A DNA stretch of 49,222 nt, the filler included, from Dimargaris cristalligena (lineage: Eukaryota), in the NCBI GenBank assembly GCA_003614675.1. It is 2 parts of 2 records of this genome, joined end to end, with 100 filler letters (N's around TTAATTAATTAA, not from the genome) between each part and the next. Parts side by side here need not be neighbours in the genome. Positions count along the whole stretch, not along the records: positions 1 to 24,584 come from ML002584.1; positions 24,685 to 49,222 come from ML002585.1. One strand, given 5' to 3'. The position numbers and the translations under genes were made by a program. Below the pieces are notes generated by a model that worked only from the letters and a program-made list of their open reading frames with translations, was not told where the DNA came from and did no database searches. Below, piece by piece: positions 11,867 through 25,023 of this stretch; the first letter of the stretch is position 1; each line of letters starts with the position of its first letter.

Positions 11867-14800
11867 ATGTTGATGGAGTTTAAACGCCCATCCCTGACCG
11901 ATAATGTCGATCTATCCGTACTCAGCAATTATCTCAACTTTTCTTCCACCGAAATTCGCCGTCTCATGGACCAGAGCCAGCCTGGTACCAAGCGACACCG
12001 GCAGCCGTGGTCCCCACCGTCGTCCGTCTCCTCTCCAGCCCCCGCATCTCCGCCCCCCGTAGATTCGGCGGGATCCGTGGATTTCTATATGGCCCGCCTC
12101 GGCAAACGGCCACGGTTGGAGCAGCGGTCGGTTCCAGCGGGCCACCACCCGGCCACCGGGATCATGGCTAGCGGCTCGTTGACCCAATCGCAACTTAAAT
12201 TCAACTTTCCTAAACCGCGCCGGCCACTCAAGCCGTTGGATTTCAAGAATGCATTACAGTCCACGTCGGCCTCGGCCCCAAGTCCCCAAGGTAATTGGCG
12301 AACCCACCGGGTTCTATTCGATTAGCAAAGCTGTTATCAAAACCAAGTTGATTATGGATCCCATCACTCCGCTACCTTAGGCTCATCTATGGGCCTACAG
12401 CTACTAACTCCGGACTGTGAAAAACATCCACTATTAACATTTTTTTAATACTACCCTCCATTTAGATTCGCCTATAGAAACCCCGCTTACTGCCCCAAAA
12501 CCATCGGCTTTGGTCAAGAGGCTGGCCGGAGGCCTCACAAATACTTGGTCCTCGTCAATACCATCAAGTAGGCGGCTTTTTGCCCAGGATGCCACGGGCT
12601 TAACCGATTTACTTCAGTCATTGAGTGAACATTCCGATATACTGGGTCCCGTCTGCCCGGCTATAGGTAATGGACGGAATTTATGGCCTGGCTATAGAGG
12701 GAATTTTCCCCTCCCTAAAAGTAGGGCTAACCCGACCCCGCCCGGCATCGTGGATATCACCCGCCCAGATACTTGGCCCGCCAGTGGATTTTTGCCCAGT
12801 ATTACCGAAAAGGTAAACTACGTTCATAGCCGGTGGGTTTGCCAATTCTGCTCTCGGAAATACCGCGCCCGCGCCGAATTGGGTCGCCATATGCCACGGT
12901 GCCCCCGCCTACCCCCGTTCGACCTGTCCAAGGCGGCGGACCTACAGGCCATTGTCCCCGTGGATCGGGATAGCGGGGTAAGTTTCTGCGTTTGCATGGC
13001 CCGGCGGGTTGACCAAAAATCCGGTCGACCCCTTCCGACACGCATCAGTCGTTCCCGTCGCGGTCGGTCGCCCAGTCCTCTCCGTACCGTATCGCCCGTC
13101 TCCGAAGGAAATGCACTGTCGTCTTCCGATTCGGAGGACTCCCCCACCCCCGCCCTGGCGAAAGAGGTGGAGGATACCCATGCGTCCACGACTCGACCCA
13201 TGATCCAATGTGACCGGTGTTTCGTTTGGTTGCACATGTCCTGCGTGGCCATTGACGAAGAACGGATTCCAGATGTTTACGGTTGCCCTCGCTGTACCCT
13301 GCATCGGTCCAAAGCCCCCCTGGTCCTACCCCGACGGACGTCCGGGTACGGCACCCCGCCGGAACGAATGGGCGGTCGTGGTGCGGGTGGGGCGAATGGC
13401 AGCCAGCAGCTGCGTCCCAACTTGCCCATCCACCCGGGTATCCCGGCCTCCCGCAACAATGGTGGTAGTGGTGGTCGGCGAGGTTCGAATCAGCCTCTAC
13501 GGCCGCGTCTACTCCATGGTCGTAAAAAGCAACCTCCGCTCTCCCCGGCCAGCGCCCAGCTGGAACAGTTATTGGCCGATGTTCCGGACTTGGACGATGC
13601 CTCCGCCCCGGGTCGGCGGCCTATGGGTGGGGGCTCGAACCTCGCCCGACGCCCCTCCGCCGCGAGTTCCAAACCTCCCCGGGGTGGTAGGGGAGGAGTC
13701 TCGCTTGCCAAACGGCCCGGGGGGGGGGCTCCCATCCGTCCGGAAAACCCACCATCATCATCATGGACCCCAGCCCATGTCGGAACCCAATTGGGCCCAC
13801 GGTCACATTCCGCCGGCCAATATGTTTACCAATTCCGCAGCGAATCACTTAACAGCGGGCCCCCATCTCCAGCCCAGGCCATCATACCAACCGGCACCGG
13901 GAGCTCATATGCAGCCCTATTCCGATGCCCTCTCCCACTCACATCGTAAACGGCCCCTAGCCCGGCGGGGCAGTTCGCCCCAGACCCCCGCTCTGGCGTT
14001 ACTATCCGGCTTGGGTAGCGACAGTGGCGAAGTGCACCCCGACCTGCTCTACTCGGAAGACTCCACTATGCTCGATTCACTGATGCAGGGTACCATCGAT
14101 CACAATCCCCACCTGCTCTACCCCTCACTCGGCGTAAGTTCGGATGGCTTGCTTAACATTCACGCTATGATGGACCACCCCCCTCCGGCCCTAAGCCACC
14201 TCGGCACCCTACCCGGGAGTTTACCCCCGAGCCATTGGTCTACCACTGGCGCCGGAGCCGGGGCGACACCCGATACCCATATTCTGAGCTCCCAATTCAT
14301 GTTGCCCCCAGACCAGTCCGACCAACTCCTCCACTCGGCGCTGGATAATTTGGATGCTTCGGAAGCCGATTTCCTCTTGGGCAATATTCTATCGGAAGCG
14401 GATCTGGATTTTTACCAGCGAACCCTCGGACCCGAGCTGGGGTCCGATACAGGGGGCCGAACCCCGTCGGCTAGTCAGACGACCACCGGGTATCCCCCAG
14501 CTTCGGTAGCCCCGTTGGCCCCGACCGGCGCTTCGTTCGAATCTTTAGAGGTGGATCACCATCCCATTCGTTTGGGGTTGGATTTGGATGATAATCAGTC
14601 GACTTACCCGGTAGACCTTCCCCCTAGCACCTCGACCGCCCGCCGGGGATCGACCGCATCGTCCGTTGCGGCTACGCCAACTCTGCCCGCCCGGGCTAAC
14701 TTATTACCCCCCACGGCCGTTGCCGCCAGCAAGACCAAGGCCAAGAAATCGGCGTCGGTGGCATCCAGCCGACCTAAAGCCCTTCCCCGAACGACAGTGA

Positions 14801-15708
14801 AACCAAAGACCAATCCCCGGGGTACGCCCTCCCCTTTAATGACGGTCAGACCGATTGCCACCACGCCTACCACCCCATCGACAACCCCAGCAGTTGATGG
14901 TCACCAAGTCGCTCGGACGACCACTCCGGGCCCGACTGGCCTATCGAATGATTTTACCCAGCCGCTGATGTATCCCCCTACCACGACCACGACCGCCAAC
15001 ACCCTACCAAACCCCCTCAATTTCAATGCCTATAATTTGGCGTTGCAGAATGCGAGTTTTTTCAATTATTTTGATCCGGCCGGCAACTACGGCCCGTCGG
15101 CGGGGATGTCGTTCCCGGGTTCAGCCTATGCGGCCCCCCACGGAGGCAACCTGAACGGAACGGCCCCGAATGGGGGTGCCCAAATGGATCTGGCTATGCT
15201 GCAGGCTTTTTATAATAGTACCGTTCCGACCTCGACCTCAGCTACGGCGGGGTATCCGACCGGCTCCATGGCCACGGGAATGGGCCCGGCGGATGCGAAT
15301 CACCTCGCCATGGCCCTGTCGTTCCCGAATAACATGGGAACGGGTATTGTGGCGGCGTCTTCTTCTTCTGCGAACGACCAGTATAATCAGTATCAATATC
15401 ACCATCACCAACATCAACATTCAACGCTGCCTAATATGCCTTCAGTATCCACTGCTGCATTCGCTTCCAATAATTCCGCCGCCTTTTCGACTTCGACTTC
15501 GTCGGCGACGGCAGCCATGTCGTACTTCTCCGGCTACCCCGGGACCGTAACTTCTGTCGGTTCCAACGGTCTTCCATTTGGTACGTTGACGACCATGGGA
15601 GCGGGATCCCACCCCAACCCTATGAATCAATCCGGCATGGAAGGCGGCATCCCATCCAATGGACCTGATTTGGACGGATTACTCGATATTAATGCGTTTA
15701 TACAATAG
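11867..15708 (+). CDS. C2HC zinc finger + PHD finger protein with long low-complexity C-terminus; apparent +1 frameshift at G10 (13719-13728)
   Basis: Exon 11867-12290, intron 12291-12465 (GTAATT..TTTAG, phase 1), exon from 12466. C-x2-C-x12-H-x3-C motif CQFCSRKYRARAELGRHMPRC. PHD motif FCVC...MIQCDRCFVWLHMSCVAIDEERIPDVYGCPRC. Removing one G from the G10 run joins ORF 12510-13949 to ORF 13210-15708 (~1221 aa). Confidence 0.75.
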
Positions 15709-16571
15709 AATTTATGGCTTGACTGCCTATACGATCATCTGGATGATATCCAGCCATGTAAAACATATATATTAAAGGGTGAGGAGGGTGGAACGTTGTC
15801 GCCCTCTTTTACTCCGTTGGCCAGGTTTTTGTTACGACATTAATCTACGCCCCCAACTCATAATTGTAATAGATGTCTATTTGTGATAACCTCCCTACCC
15901 ATGTTATTCATTTATTTTAATTCCAGCATTGAGCTGTTCCTCGCTTTTACATCTCTGCAACTTCTCTGTTGTTGTTGTTGTTGTTGTCGTTCTCACTTTG
16001 TTTCCGGCATGGGATCTTTCCATCTTTGACCTGGCGTGTTTGGCATTTGTATTTGGTATCATGTCGTAGTATGTATCCCTCAATATTTTCTCTCCTCCAT
16101 GCCTTCTCCTCGTTAAGTTATTTATTATATTTCTTTATAGTGCCCGTGTTTGTCTGTACTTGAATAAATTATGCGATCTTACTTGTAAACAAATCACATG
16201 TCCTTCGGGTATGGTGGAATCGTACACAGATAGACGGAAGTCGTTGTATTCCAGATTATGAAGGCGAAAGGGGTATTTTCCACCAGGGGTCCTAAATCTG
16301 AAAGGAAGCTTAACCACCACAGGACATACAGAACCTTATACACCGATTTTACACCCTACCATTTTTTATATATAATATTCGAGCCTTCAATGTGCCCCAT
16401 ATGTCATACTTGACTATAATTGTTACGTTCTCTGAACAGGGCAACCCAGCCCACAGCGAGCCGATTGTAGAATATATATATAAGGTCAATTATTTAACCA
16501 ATGCGATTCATTTTTATAGAATTTAGAGAAATTCGGATAATTTAACAGTCCGACAGATTAGATGTGACTAT

Positions 16572-17054
16572 TTAGAACTTTTGGTCCTCTATCGTGACGT
16601 GGCATTGCGGGGACCGATGGGAGACGTATGGCTTGAACTGCAATTGGCATATTAAAAGAACCGTAAACAGCAAAAAATAAATAAATTATAATGGTTATAA
16701 TCAGTGTATCCCCCCCCCCAACGATGAACCATTAATGTGCATAATATATAGTAGCGGTGGGGCTTATAGGGTCGGTATACCGGGTATTTTATCAACCATA
16801 GAGAAGTGAGGGCTTATTCATTATGCGCTCAATGGTAGACTGAGGCGGTTACAGGAAAAACTTACTTTGCAGTCGGTCATATCGGGGACGTGATAGGTGC
16901 GGACCTTGCTCCATTCGATTTTGTAGCCACCCTTGTTCGTGTGGCGACCCATGGCACCGGTACGGGTACCCTTGAAATAGTTGTGGCCTCGTTTACCCGT
17001 CATGGGCGCGCGGGAAGCGCCGCGGAAAATGCCTCGAATATAGGTGCTCAGCAT
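16572..17054 (-). CDS. MRPL27: Mitochondrial ribosomal protein mL41 (yeast MrpL27 family), 84 aa
   Basis: Exons 17054-16866 and 16637-16572, GTAAGT donor, TGCAG acceptor. Motifs KRGHNYFKGTRTGAMGRHTNKGGYKIEWSKVRTYHVPD and FKPYVS. Confidence 0.88.
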
Positions 17055-17767
17055 GGTTGTGATTTTGCTCAAGTTAGTTTAGACCAGTTTGGGCTTGTTG
17101 GGTAGACAGTTGAACAGGGAATGGGGGCCGATTGATGGCTGGAACTAAGGTAGACAAGGGCCTTTAATAAAATGGGATTCAAGATCACAAAAGACAAGAG
17201 GCCAAATCTTGGGTATCCTCAGGTCCGGGGGATCAGTCTCCGCACCTCCCCATGAATCAGCAAGGTATGACTAGCAATCGCTCACCACAGAGTACTCGGG
17301 TGTAAGGGCTTCCTTTCCATTCTGGTTGCTGAGGCACGCATATTAAGCCCAATGCTATACAGGTTATACTCACGTGACTCTGGACCAGCATTTCTCCGTT
17401 CCTTCTATTGCTATACTGTGCCTGGCCAGGCTGTATGGCCCCTATTATAACTGTCCTTACCACATCATAATGGCAATGTAAATTTACAATTACTTGGTAG
17501 ACGAGGGATACTCTAGGCCAGAAAGGCCTCTGCGAGAAATGGAACTCACTTCCACACCATCATTTTAGGCAGCAGTGTCGCTAGGAAGACTGCGAATGAC
17601 GACAGGGATTCCAGCAAGGTTCCAGAATATAACCCCCACCCTCCATTTGACAAGAGGGGCCTGCTTTACCTCCCCACTACCAAGTCCCTAACGAGAGAAC
17701 TTCTCTTTTACTAAACCTATTGTTCTCACTCTACTATCCTTTCCTTTCCATTTCTTTTTTTCAATAA

Positions 17768-19120
<1,353 letters not shown>

Positions 19121-19924
19121 GGTTCGGTACAGGCTATTTACTTCCTTCGGTAGTGGATTTCTTTTTTTCTTTTCATCTACATGAGTGTTTCTTGTATTAA
19201 AGTACTATGGTTATGTGGATTTTGATGGGGTACGCACCCATTAGTATACCCCCATTCGAAAGAAATACGAAAGAAGGCAAAGCAAAGCGATACAAATGTT
19301 GTTGGCTACTGCTGACTAGCCTAGAATAGGGGACGACAACGAAGCGACACGGACTTTGCTGGACCATTAGCATACTCCCGCCTGATTCTCCCGTTTCTAT
19401 TGCGTTTAAGATTATGTACCACCGTGCGGAACTTTTCCCATTTTGGTGGCCTATGCATTAGTAAATAACTGCCCATCTGAGTTAACCAAGTAAATATCAC
19501 GGTGGTTATTAACCGAAACTTGGGGCAGTGTCCATCTCAAAGCTATCCTCAGATTCCAGCTAATGAAGGGGTCCCCCATTAATGTATACTGTATTATGGT
19601 ATGGGTGCACGAAAACTTAATATCTCTGGGGTTATACTTACTAGCTGCGGGTTTTGTCTGAAAAACTTATTGTTGTTATCCGTTTTCTCCAACTGTTGTT
19701 TACGTGTCTTCCATACCAGTCACTTTTCTTTATTCTCTTGCTGCTATCGTATTATTTATTCTTAAGTTGCTCACCATTTGGACTTCCAGTGCTTCCTCCA
19801 TTCATTGTCAACCCCTACATTGTTTTTGGGCATTCGGTGGGTTATTTTTGCAGTCCGCCAGCGAAGCCTACAGCTACCTACTTTTCTCCCGTCCCTCCCC
19901 CCGTAGATTCAAGTGCCACGCACC

Positions 19925-22900
19925 ATGTCCGCCGACGAATCCGACCAGGACCAAGTTACTGCAGCCACCTCCTCGACTCCCCAGCTGGGCATTATCGAGT
20001 CCGTTGAGCTCGTCGACTTCATGTGCCACGAATTCCTTCGGGTGGACCTCGGCTCCAAGATTAACTTTGTGATTGGCCACAACGGCAGTGGGAAGAGCGC
20101 CATTCTCACTGCCATTATTATTTGTCTCGGCGGCAAGGCCTCCGCCACCCAACGGGCCTCCAGTATCAAGCACCTTATCCGGGAAGGCTGCCCCCGAGCG
20201 TTGGTCACTCTGCGCATTCGCAACCGCGGCCGGGACGCCTACAAGGGCGACGTGTACGGCGACGTGATTATTGTCGAACGGATACTGTCCAAGGATAGCA
20301 GTAGCGGTTACCGGCTGCGCAGTTCGCTCAACGACCGGATTGTGTCCACCAAGCGGGACGACCTGCTGGCCATTTGCGACCATATGGCTATCCAGGTCGA
20401 CAATCCCTTGAATGTGCTCTCCCAGGATTCTGCCCGCCAGTTCCTTAATGCCACCACGTCCGAGGACAAGTACAAATTCTTTCTCAAAGGAACCCAATTG
20501 GCCCAACTCCAGAGCGACCATTATATCATCCAGCAGGGATTGGATACTACCGACAGTGTGGTCAAGCACAAAAAGGAAATGCTGCCCGAGCTCTACAAGG
20601 AGGCCAAGGAATGGGGGCGGAAGTATAAGGATATGCAGAGCGCCCGCGATTTGGCCGTCAAGCTGGAAACGCTCAAGCAGGAGATGGTCTGGGCCCAGGT
20701 GGAGGAACAAGAGGCCCAGCACCGCACCGTCCAGGGCAAGCTGGCCCGCGCCCAACGCAAAATTCCGGCTGTCGAAGATGCGCGGGCCCAGGAACAGGTG
20801 AAACTGGATACCGTGGTTAGCCGGGCCCGCGATTTGGAGCAGGAACTCACCAACTTCATCAAGGAACAACAGCCCCTCAAGGACCAGCATGATTCGATAC
20901 AACGGGAGATTCGGTCTCACCAAACTCAAATCAACCAAATCCAGTCCGAGGAACAGGAAATCGACCGGGAAATGAAAGGCCTGCGCAAGCGGCAGGCCGA
21001 GCTAGCTAGCGCCATTGAGCGGGAGCAGAGCAAGACGGAAACCGACTTACGCGCCGAACGGGAGAAACGCCAGAAATTAATGGCTGACCATCGGGCGACT
21101 ATTCAACAACTCGAGACCGACCAGCGCCAGACCGAAACGAACACCGCCCAATTTAACCAAGCGATCCAGGAACACCAGACCCAACTCGGCCAGATTGACC
21201 AGCGGCTACAGCGCGCGAACCGGGATGTTGAACAAAGTCGAACCACCATCAGCCAACTGCGCCGCAACAAAGAAAACCAGATCACCGCGTTCGGGCCCAG
21301 CATGCCCGATGTCATGCGGAGTATCCAATCCGAGACGCGCTGGAAGGCCGGAAAACCGCTCGGTCCCCTGGGCCTATACGTCCAGCTATCCCAGCCGCAG
21401 TGGGCCGATACTATTGAATCCATTCTCAGTTGGTCTCTCAACGCCTTTGTGGTGGAGACTCACGACGACCAAAAATTACTCGCCGCCATTCTGCACCGCC
21501 ACAAGTGCAAATCCCGAGTATTGGTGTCCAAGTTCGAGCCCTTCGATTACGCCAGTGGGGAGCCGGACCCCCAGTACCTTACGATGCTCCGGGTACTCAA
21601 GTTCAGTAACGAGGCCGTTAAATGCCAACTGATCAATATCCACCGGATTGAACAAACGATTTTGATTGAACAGCGAGCCGAAGCCGACCGGGTCATGAGC
21701 AGTAATCGGGGACAGTTTCCCCGGAATGTGATTGCCTGTTTTACGGTGGACGGTTTCCAAGTCGGTCGACGGGGGGGTTTCGCCACCATGGCCGTCAATC
21801 CCTACCGGGGGCCCCCGCGGTTTGCCCGGGACTTGGATGCATTGATTACTAAAGAGGAGGAGGCCATCCGGACCCACGAGGAACAGACCAAAGAACTCCA
21901 GACCCAGCGCCAGCAGGTTAATTCGGGGATCCGGCAGGCCCAGAAGTCCCTCCAGGGTATCACCCAGAATATTCGGTCAAAACAGGCGCAAATCCGGGAT
22001 CTACGGGACCAAATCCAACGGCTGGAGGAAGAATTGGCCGATTTGGAGCCGGCCAGTCTAACCGCACTTAACCAGGAACAGTCGGACGTGGAGAAGCAGG
22101 TGGAATTGATTCGCCGGCAGTTCGCGGATGTGCACCAGCAGCTGGTGCCCCTGGACCAGGAACTCAAGGCGCTCCGGGAACAGGCCGAGGAAGTGAGCCA
22201 GGCCACACAGCGGATCCAGGATAATATCGCCAAGACCCACCAAGTAGCCGACAGCAACATGTCCCTGCGTGTCCAGCAGGAGCAACGCATCCAGCACTGG
22301 GACCGCAAGCGCGAGGAGGCCGAACAAGTGGTGGCCCAGATCCAGGCGGATTTAGACAAGGCCCAGGCCGAACTCGAACAAGCTACCACCAAGGCGGCCC
22401 AATATTGCCCCGAACGGGTCCCGGTGACCCAGGACGCGCGCCAACTTGACCGTGAGATTGAAACCATCGAACTCCGGCTGCGGGAAACCGAACGGATCCA
22501 CGGGGCCGATTTGGAAACGATCGCCAAAGAAGCTGAGAAACGCATCTCGGCTTACCGGCGGGCCAAGGACGATATCGTGGCCATGGAAACGTTCATTGTG
22601 GAACTCCAGCGGGCCCTGACGGTACGCATGAATAAATGGAGTCAGTTCCGGGAGAGTATCGCGGTGCGGGCAAAAGCCAACTTCTTGTGGCATTTGGCCC
22701 AGCGGGGGTACCGCGGGCGGCTGGACTTTGATCACCAGAAGCAACGGCTCAACCCCCGGGTGCAAACCGAAGACCCAGCGGCGGCGGCACCCAATGCTAA
22801 CGGCAGTAGTGGTCGGGGGGAGAGTGGTTCGGCGGCCCCCTCCACGGCTGGCGTACCTTCGCCGTCGGAGGCCGAAGAACTGCGGCACGATAAGGACCCC

Positions 22901-23176
22901 AAATCCCTTTCCGGCGGCGAAAAATCCTTTTCGACCATCTGTCTGCTGCTGGCGCTCTGGGAGTCCATGGGGTGTCCGATCCGTTGTTTGGACGAATTCG
23001 ACGTGTTCATGGACGCCGTCAACCGGAAAATCAGCATGAATATGATGATTGAAAGTGCCCGCCAGGCCACCGACACGCAGTATATTTTGATTACCCCCCA
23101 GGATATGAGCGCCGTGTCGTTCGGTCCCGACGTACGGGTGCATCGGTTAGCCGATCCGGCTCGACGCCGAGTTTAG
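19925..23176 (+). CDS. SMC6: Structural maintenance of chromosomes protein 6, intronless, ~1083 aa
   Basis: FMCH, Walker A GHNGSGKSAIL, coiled coils around hinge PLGPLGLYV, signature LSGGEKSFST, Walker B CLDEFDVFMDAVNR, QYILITPQ. First ATG at 19925. Confidence 0.95.
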   Translation: MSADESDQDQVTAATSSTPQLGIIESVELVDFMCHEFLRVDLGSKINFVIGHNGSGKSAILTAIIICLGGKASATQRASSIKHLIREGCPRALVTLRIRNRGRDAYKGDVYGDVIIVERILSKDSSSGYRLRSSLNDRIVSTKRDDLLAICDHMAIQVDNPLNVLSQDSARQFLNATTSEDKYKFFLKGTQLAQLQSDHYIIQQGLDTTDSVVKHKKEMLPELYKEAKEWGRKYKDMQSARDLAVKLETLKQEMVWAQVEEQEAQHRTVQGKLARAQRKIPAVEDARAQEQVKLDTVVSRARDLEQELTNFIKEQQPLKDQHDSIQREIRSHQTQINQIQSEEQEIDREMKGLRKRQAELASAIEREQSKTETDLRAEREKRQKLMADHRATIQQLETDQRQTETNTAQFNQAIQEHQTQLGQIDQRLQRANRDVEQSRTTISQLRRNKENQITAFGPSMPDVMRSIQSETRWKAGKPLGPLGLYVQLSQPQWADTIESILSWSLNAFVVETHDDQKLLAAILHRHKCKSRVLVSKFEPFDYASGEPDPQYLTMLRVLKFSNEAVKCQLINIHRIEQTILIEQRAEADRVMSSNRGQFPRNVIACFTVDGFQVGRRGGFATMAVNPYRGPPRFARDLDALITKEEEAIRTHEEQTKELQTQRQQVNSGIRQAQKSLQGITQNIRSKQAQIRDLRDQIQRLEEELADLEPASLTALNQEQSDVEKQVELIRRQFADVHQQLVPLDQELKALREQAEEVSQATQRIQDNIAKTHQVADSNMSLRVQQEQRIQHWDRKREEAEQVVAQIQADLDKAQAELEQATTKAAQYCPERVPVTQDARQLDREIETIELRLRETERIHGADLETIAKEAEKRISAYRRAKDDIVAMETFIVELQRALTVRMNKWSQFRESIAVRAKANFLWHLAQRGYRGRLDFDHQKQRLNPRVQTEDPAAAAPNANGSSGRGESGSAAPSTAGVPSPSEAEELRHDKDPKSLSGGEKSFSTICLLLALWESMGCPIRCLDEFDVFMDAVNRKISMNMMIESARQATDTQYILITPQDMSAVSFGPDVRVHRLADPARRRV

Positions 23177-24183
23177 GGAGGAGGGGAAGAAAAATAATGG
23201 GAGAGAGCGTGGACGTGTGTTCTAGGTATGCCTGCAAGGGAAAATTAAGATTTATAGTTCAAGTCTCCCTTTGGTCGATAGGACTACACATTTCCGATTA
23301 CGTTACATTGTTTTCGCTTGTTCCTTTCCTTCTCCCTTCTCCCTCATCCTATTTTCTTATTGTTACTATCCGGTCTTGCCCACCTATGGCCTTTTAATTG
23401 TAATAGAGCGACTTGTATATACCATCAGTTTATTAACCCCCAAACGCGCCACCACACCACTCGCTTTATGACCCAAAATTTACCAAAATTGGAGCTACCG
23501 TAGATGCGTTTCTCAAAGGGGAGCCGAATATCAAATAAATGGCCTAATAATAATACCAATACCTCGTTTCTGTTGCCTGAATGCGTACGATTTGGAATTA
23601 TGGGCCGTATTTGATCATTATTGGCTGCGGGCTCCTCCAGGGGTTGCTCTGAGTGGAGTGCGTTGCCTCATACTTTCTCTCCTCCAATTCCTTTCTCTAC
23701 ATGCGCATACAACTAGCCGAAGAAGCACTTTTCATTTGACTGCGGCTCCCCTGTTATTATCTATATAGTCTCTAGTCTCCTCCCCTCTACTTAGTCTCTC
23801 TGCCTCTTTCAATTTCCTTCTACTTTACTTCTCTCCTTTCTTCTTGACTGGGGGGACCAATCTTTGCTACAGCCTTACCTTGAACCTCGCTGGGCCTCTT
23901 TTTTAATACTGTTCGCGTGGTTTTCCCGCCCCTATCAGTTCAGGAAACCTTCCCTATTAAGTAGTCTACGGCTTCTGCCGCAGTCCCCTCGCTGTGCCAC
24001 TACCACTTCTCTGAACTTTCTTTTCATATTTATCGACAGTCTCTATATTCGCTCGTTTACAGACTCCAGGTCCGACTGTACTACCTTCGTGGTTCTATTC
24101 AGTCGTTGCTTCTAGCCTTGGTCTCTTACCATAGCGACCTACCCCGCCCTCCCGCCCCATTCCCCAGCAGCACCCCGACGGCC

Positions 24184-24584
24184 ATGGTAACCACCCGACG
24201 AACTTCCCAGCGCCTTCGCGCTAAAGTTGAGGCGGCGACCACCGAGAGTCCCGCAAAGGAGCTAGTTGAGCCCGACTTCAAAGACATGGTGAACACCCCC
24301 CTTTTGACCTTCACCCCGAAATCCTCTAGCTCCACCGACCCCTTTGACCCCGACTGCGACGACTTTGTTCTCACACCCTACCGTGCCAGGAAACGGGTGC
24401 TTTCCACGGCTTCGGAAGCTTCCACCTCGACCCCTATTGCAGCGAGTACCGAATCAACCAAAAAGGCACGTCGGTCCACTCGAAAGGGCAAATCCCCCGC
24501 TGGTCCGTCGATTGGGGAGCTTTCTCCACAGGTGGTACCGGCGTTGGTATCCGAGTCCGAGTCGGCGACTCCTACCCCCTCTCT
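24184..24584 (+). CDS. 5' fragment of an unidentified protein with a basic Ser/Thr/Pro-rich N-terminus, truncated by the gap
   Basis: GCCATGG start (MVTTRRTSQRLRAK), open frame into the N run, preceded by a pyrimidine-rich leader (~23670-24180); NLS-like RARKR and KKARR. Confidence 0.6.
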
Positions 24585-24684
24585 NNNNNNNNNNNNNNNN
24601 NNNNNNNNNNNNNNNNNNNNNNNNNNNNTTAATTAATTAANNNNNNNNNNNNNNNNNNNNNNNNNNNNNNNNNNNNNNNNNNNN
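24585..24684. other. Artificial 100-nt assembly spacer with six-frame stop linker
   Basis: 44 N + TTAATTAATTAA (24629-24640) + 44 N. Confidence 0.95.
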
Positions 24685-24801
24685 GTTTAGGGTTTTCCGC
24701 CCATCAGACGGGCCGACAGATAAACCCCCCCCCCCCCCAAATGAATACGCATAGTGCGACTAGAGAAAGGGAGATACGATGTAACGAGTCGGGCCAAACG
24801 T

Positions 24802-25023
24802 CTTGGTTAGCTGCACGTTGTTCCGGGATGCACCGAGCGTGAGGCTGGATGGACCACCCATGCCCCGGTACGCAGGGATTTGAGCCCCAGCGTACGCTTG
24901 TCAGATCTCCTGGATGCAATGGGTTCGCCCACCACACAGGGTCTGCTGGTAGTGGTCAACTGACAATGGGAAGGCCCAACGACCCCCTTACCATTCATTG
25001 GAATAAAACAGGTTGCAGCCGAG
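24802..25023 (+). other. Putative structured RNA segment (intronic or ncRNA, unidentified)
   Basis: Nested pairs gctgca 24810-15/tgcagc 25014-19, tgttcc 24819-24/ggaata 25000-05, hairpins gtacgc 24868-73/gcgtac 24890-95 and tggg-TTCG-ccca 24920-31. Confidence 0.35.

Noticed and set aside
12978-12983. Perfect GTAAGT donor inside the PHD gene
   Set aside because: Using it would remove the FCVC cysteine pair needed for the PHD finger, and the frame is open through it.
24685-24696. GTTTAGGGTT telomere-like sequence after the gap
   Set aside because: Single unit, no tandem array.
24860-24945. tRNA-like arm GGGCTCAAATCCC on the minus strand
   Set aside because: Lacks the TTC of the T-loop and no cloverleaf can be built.
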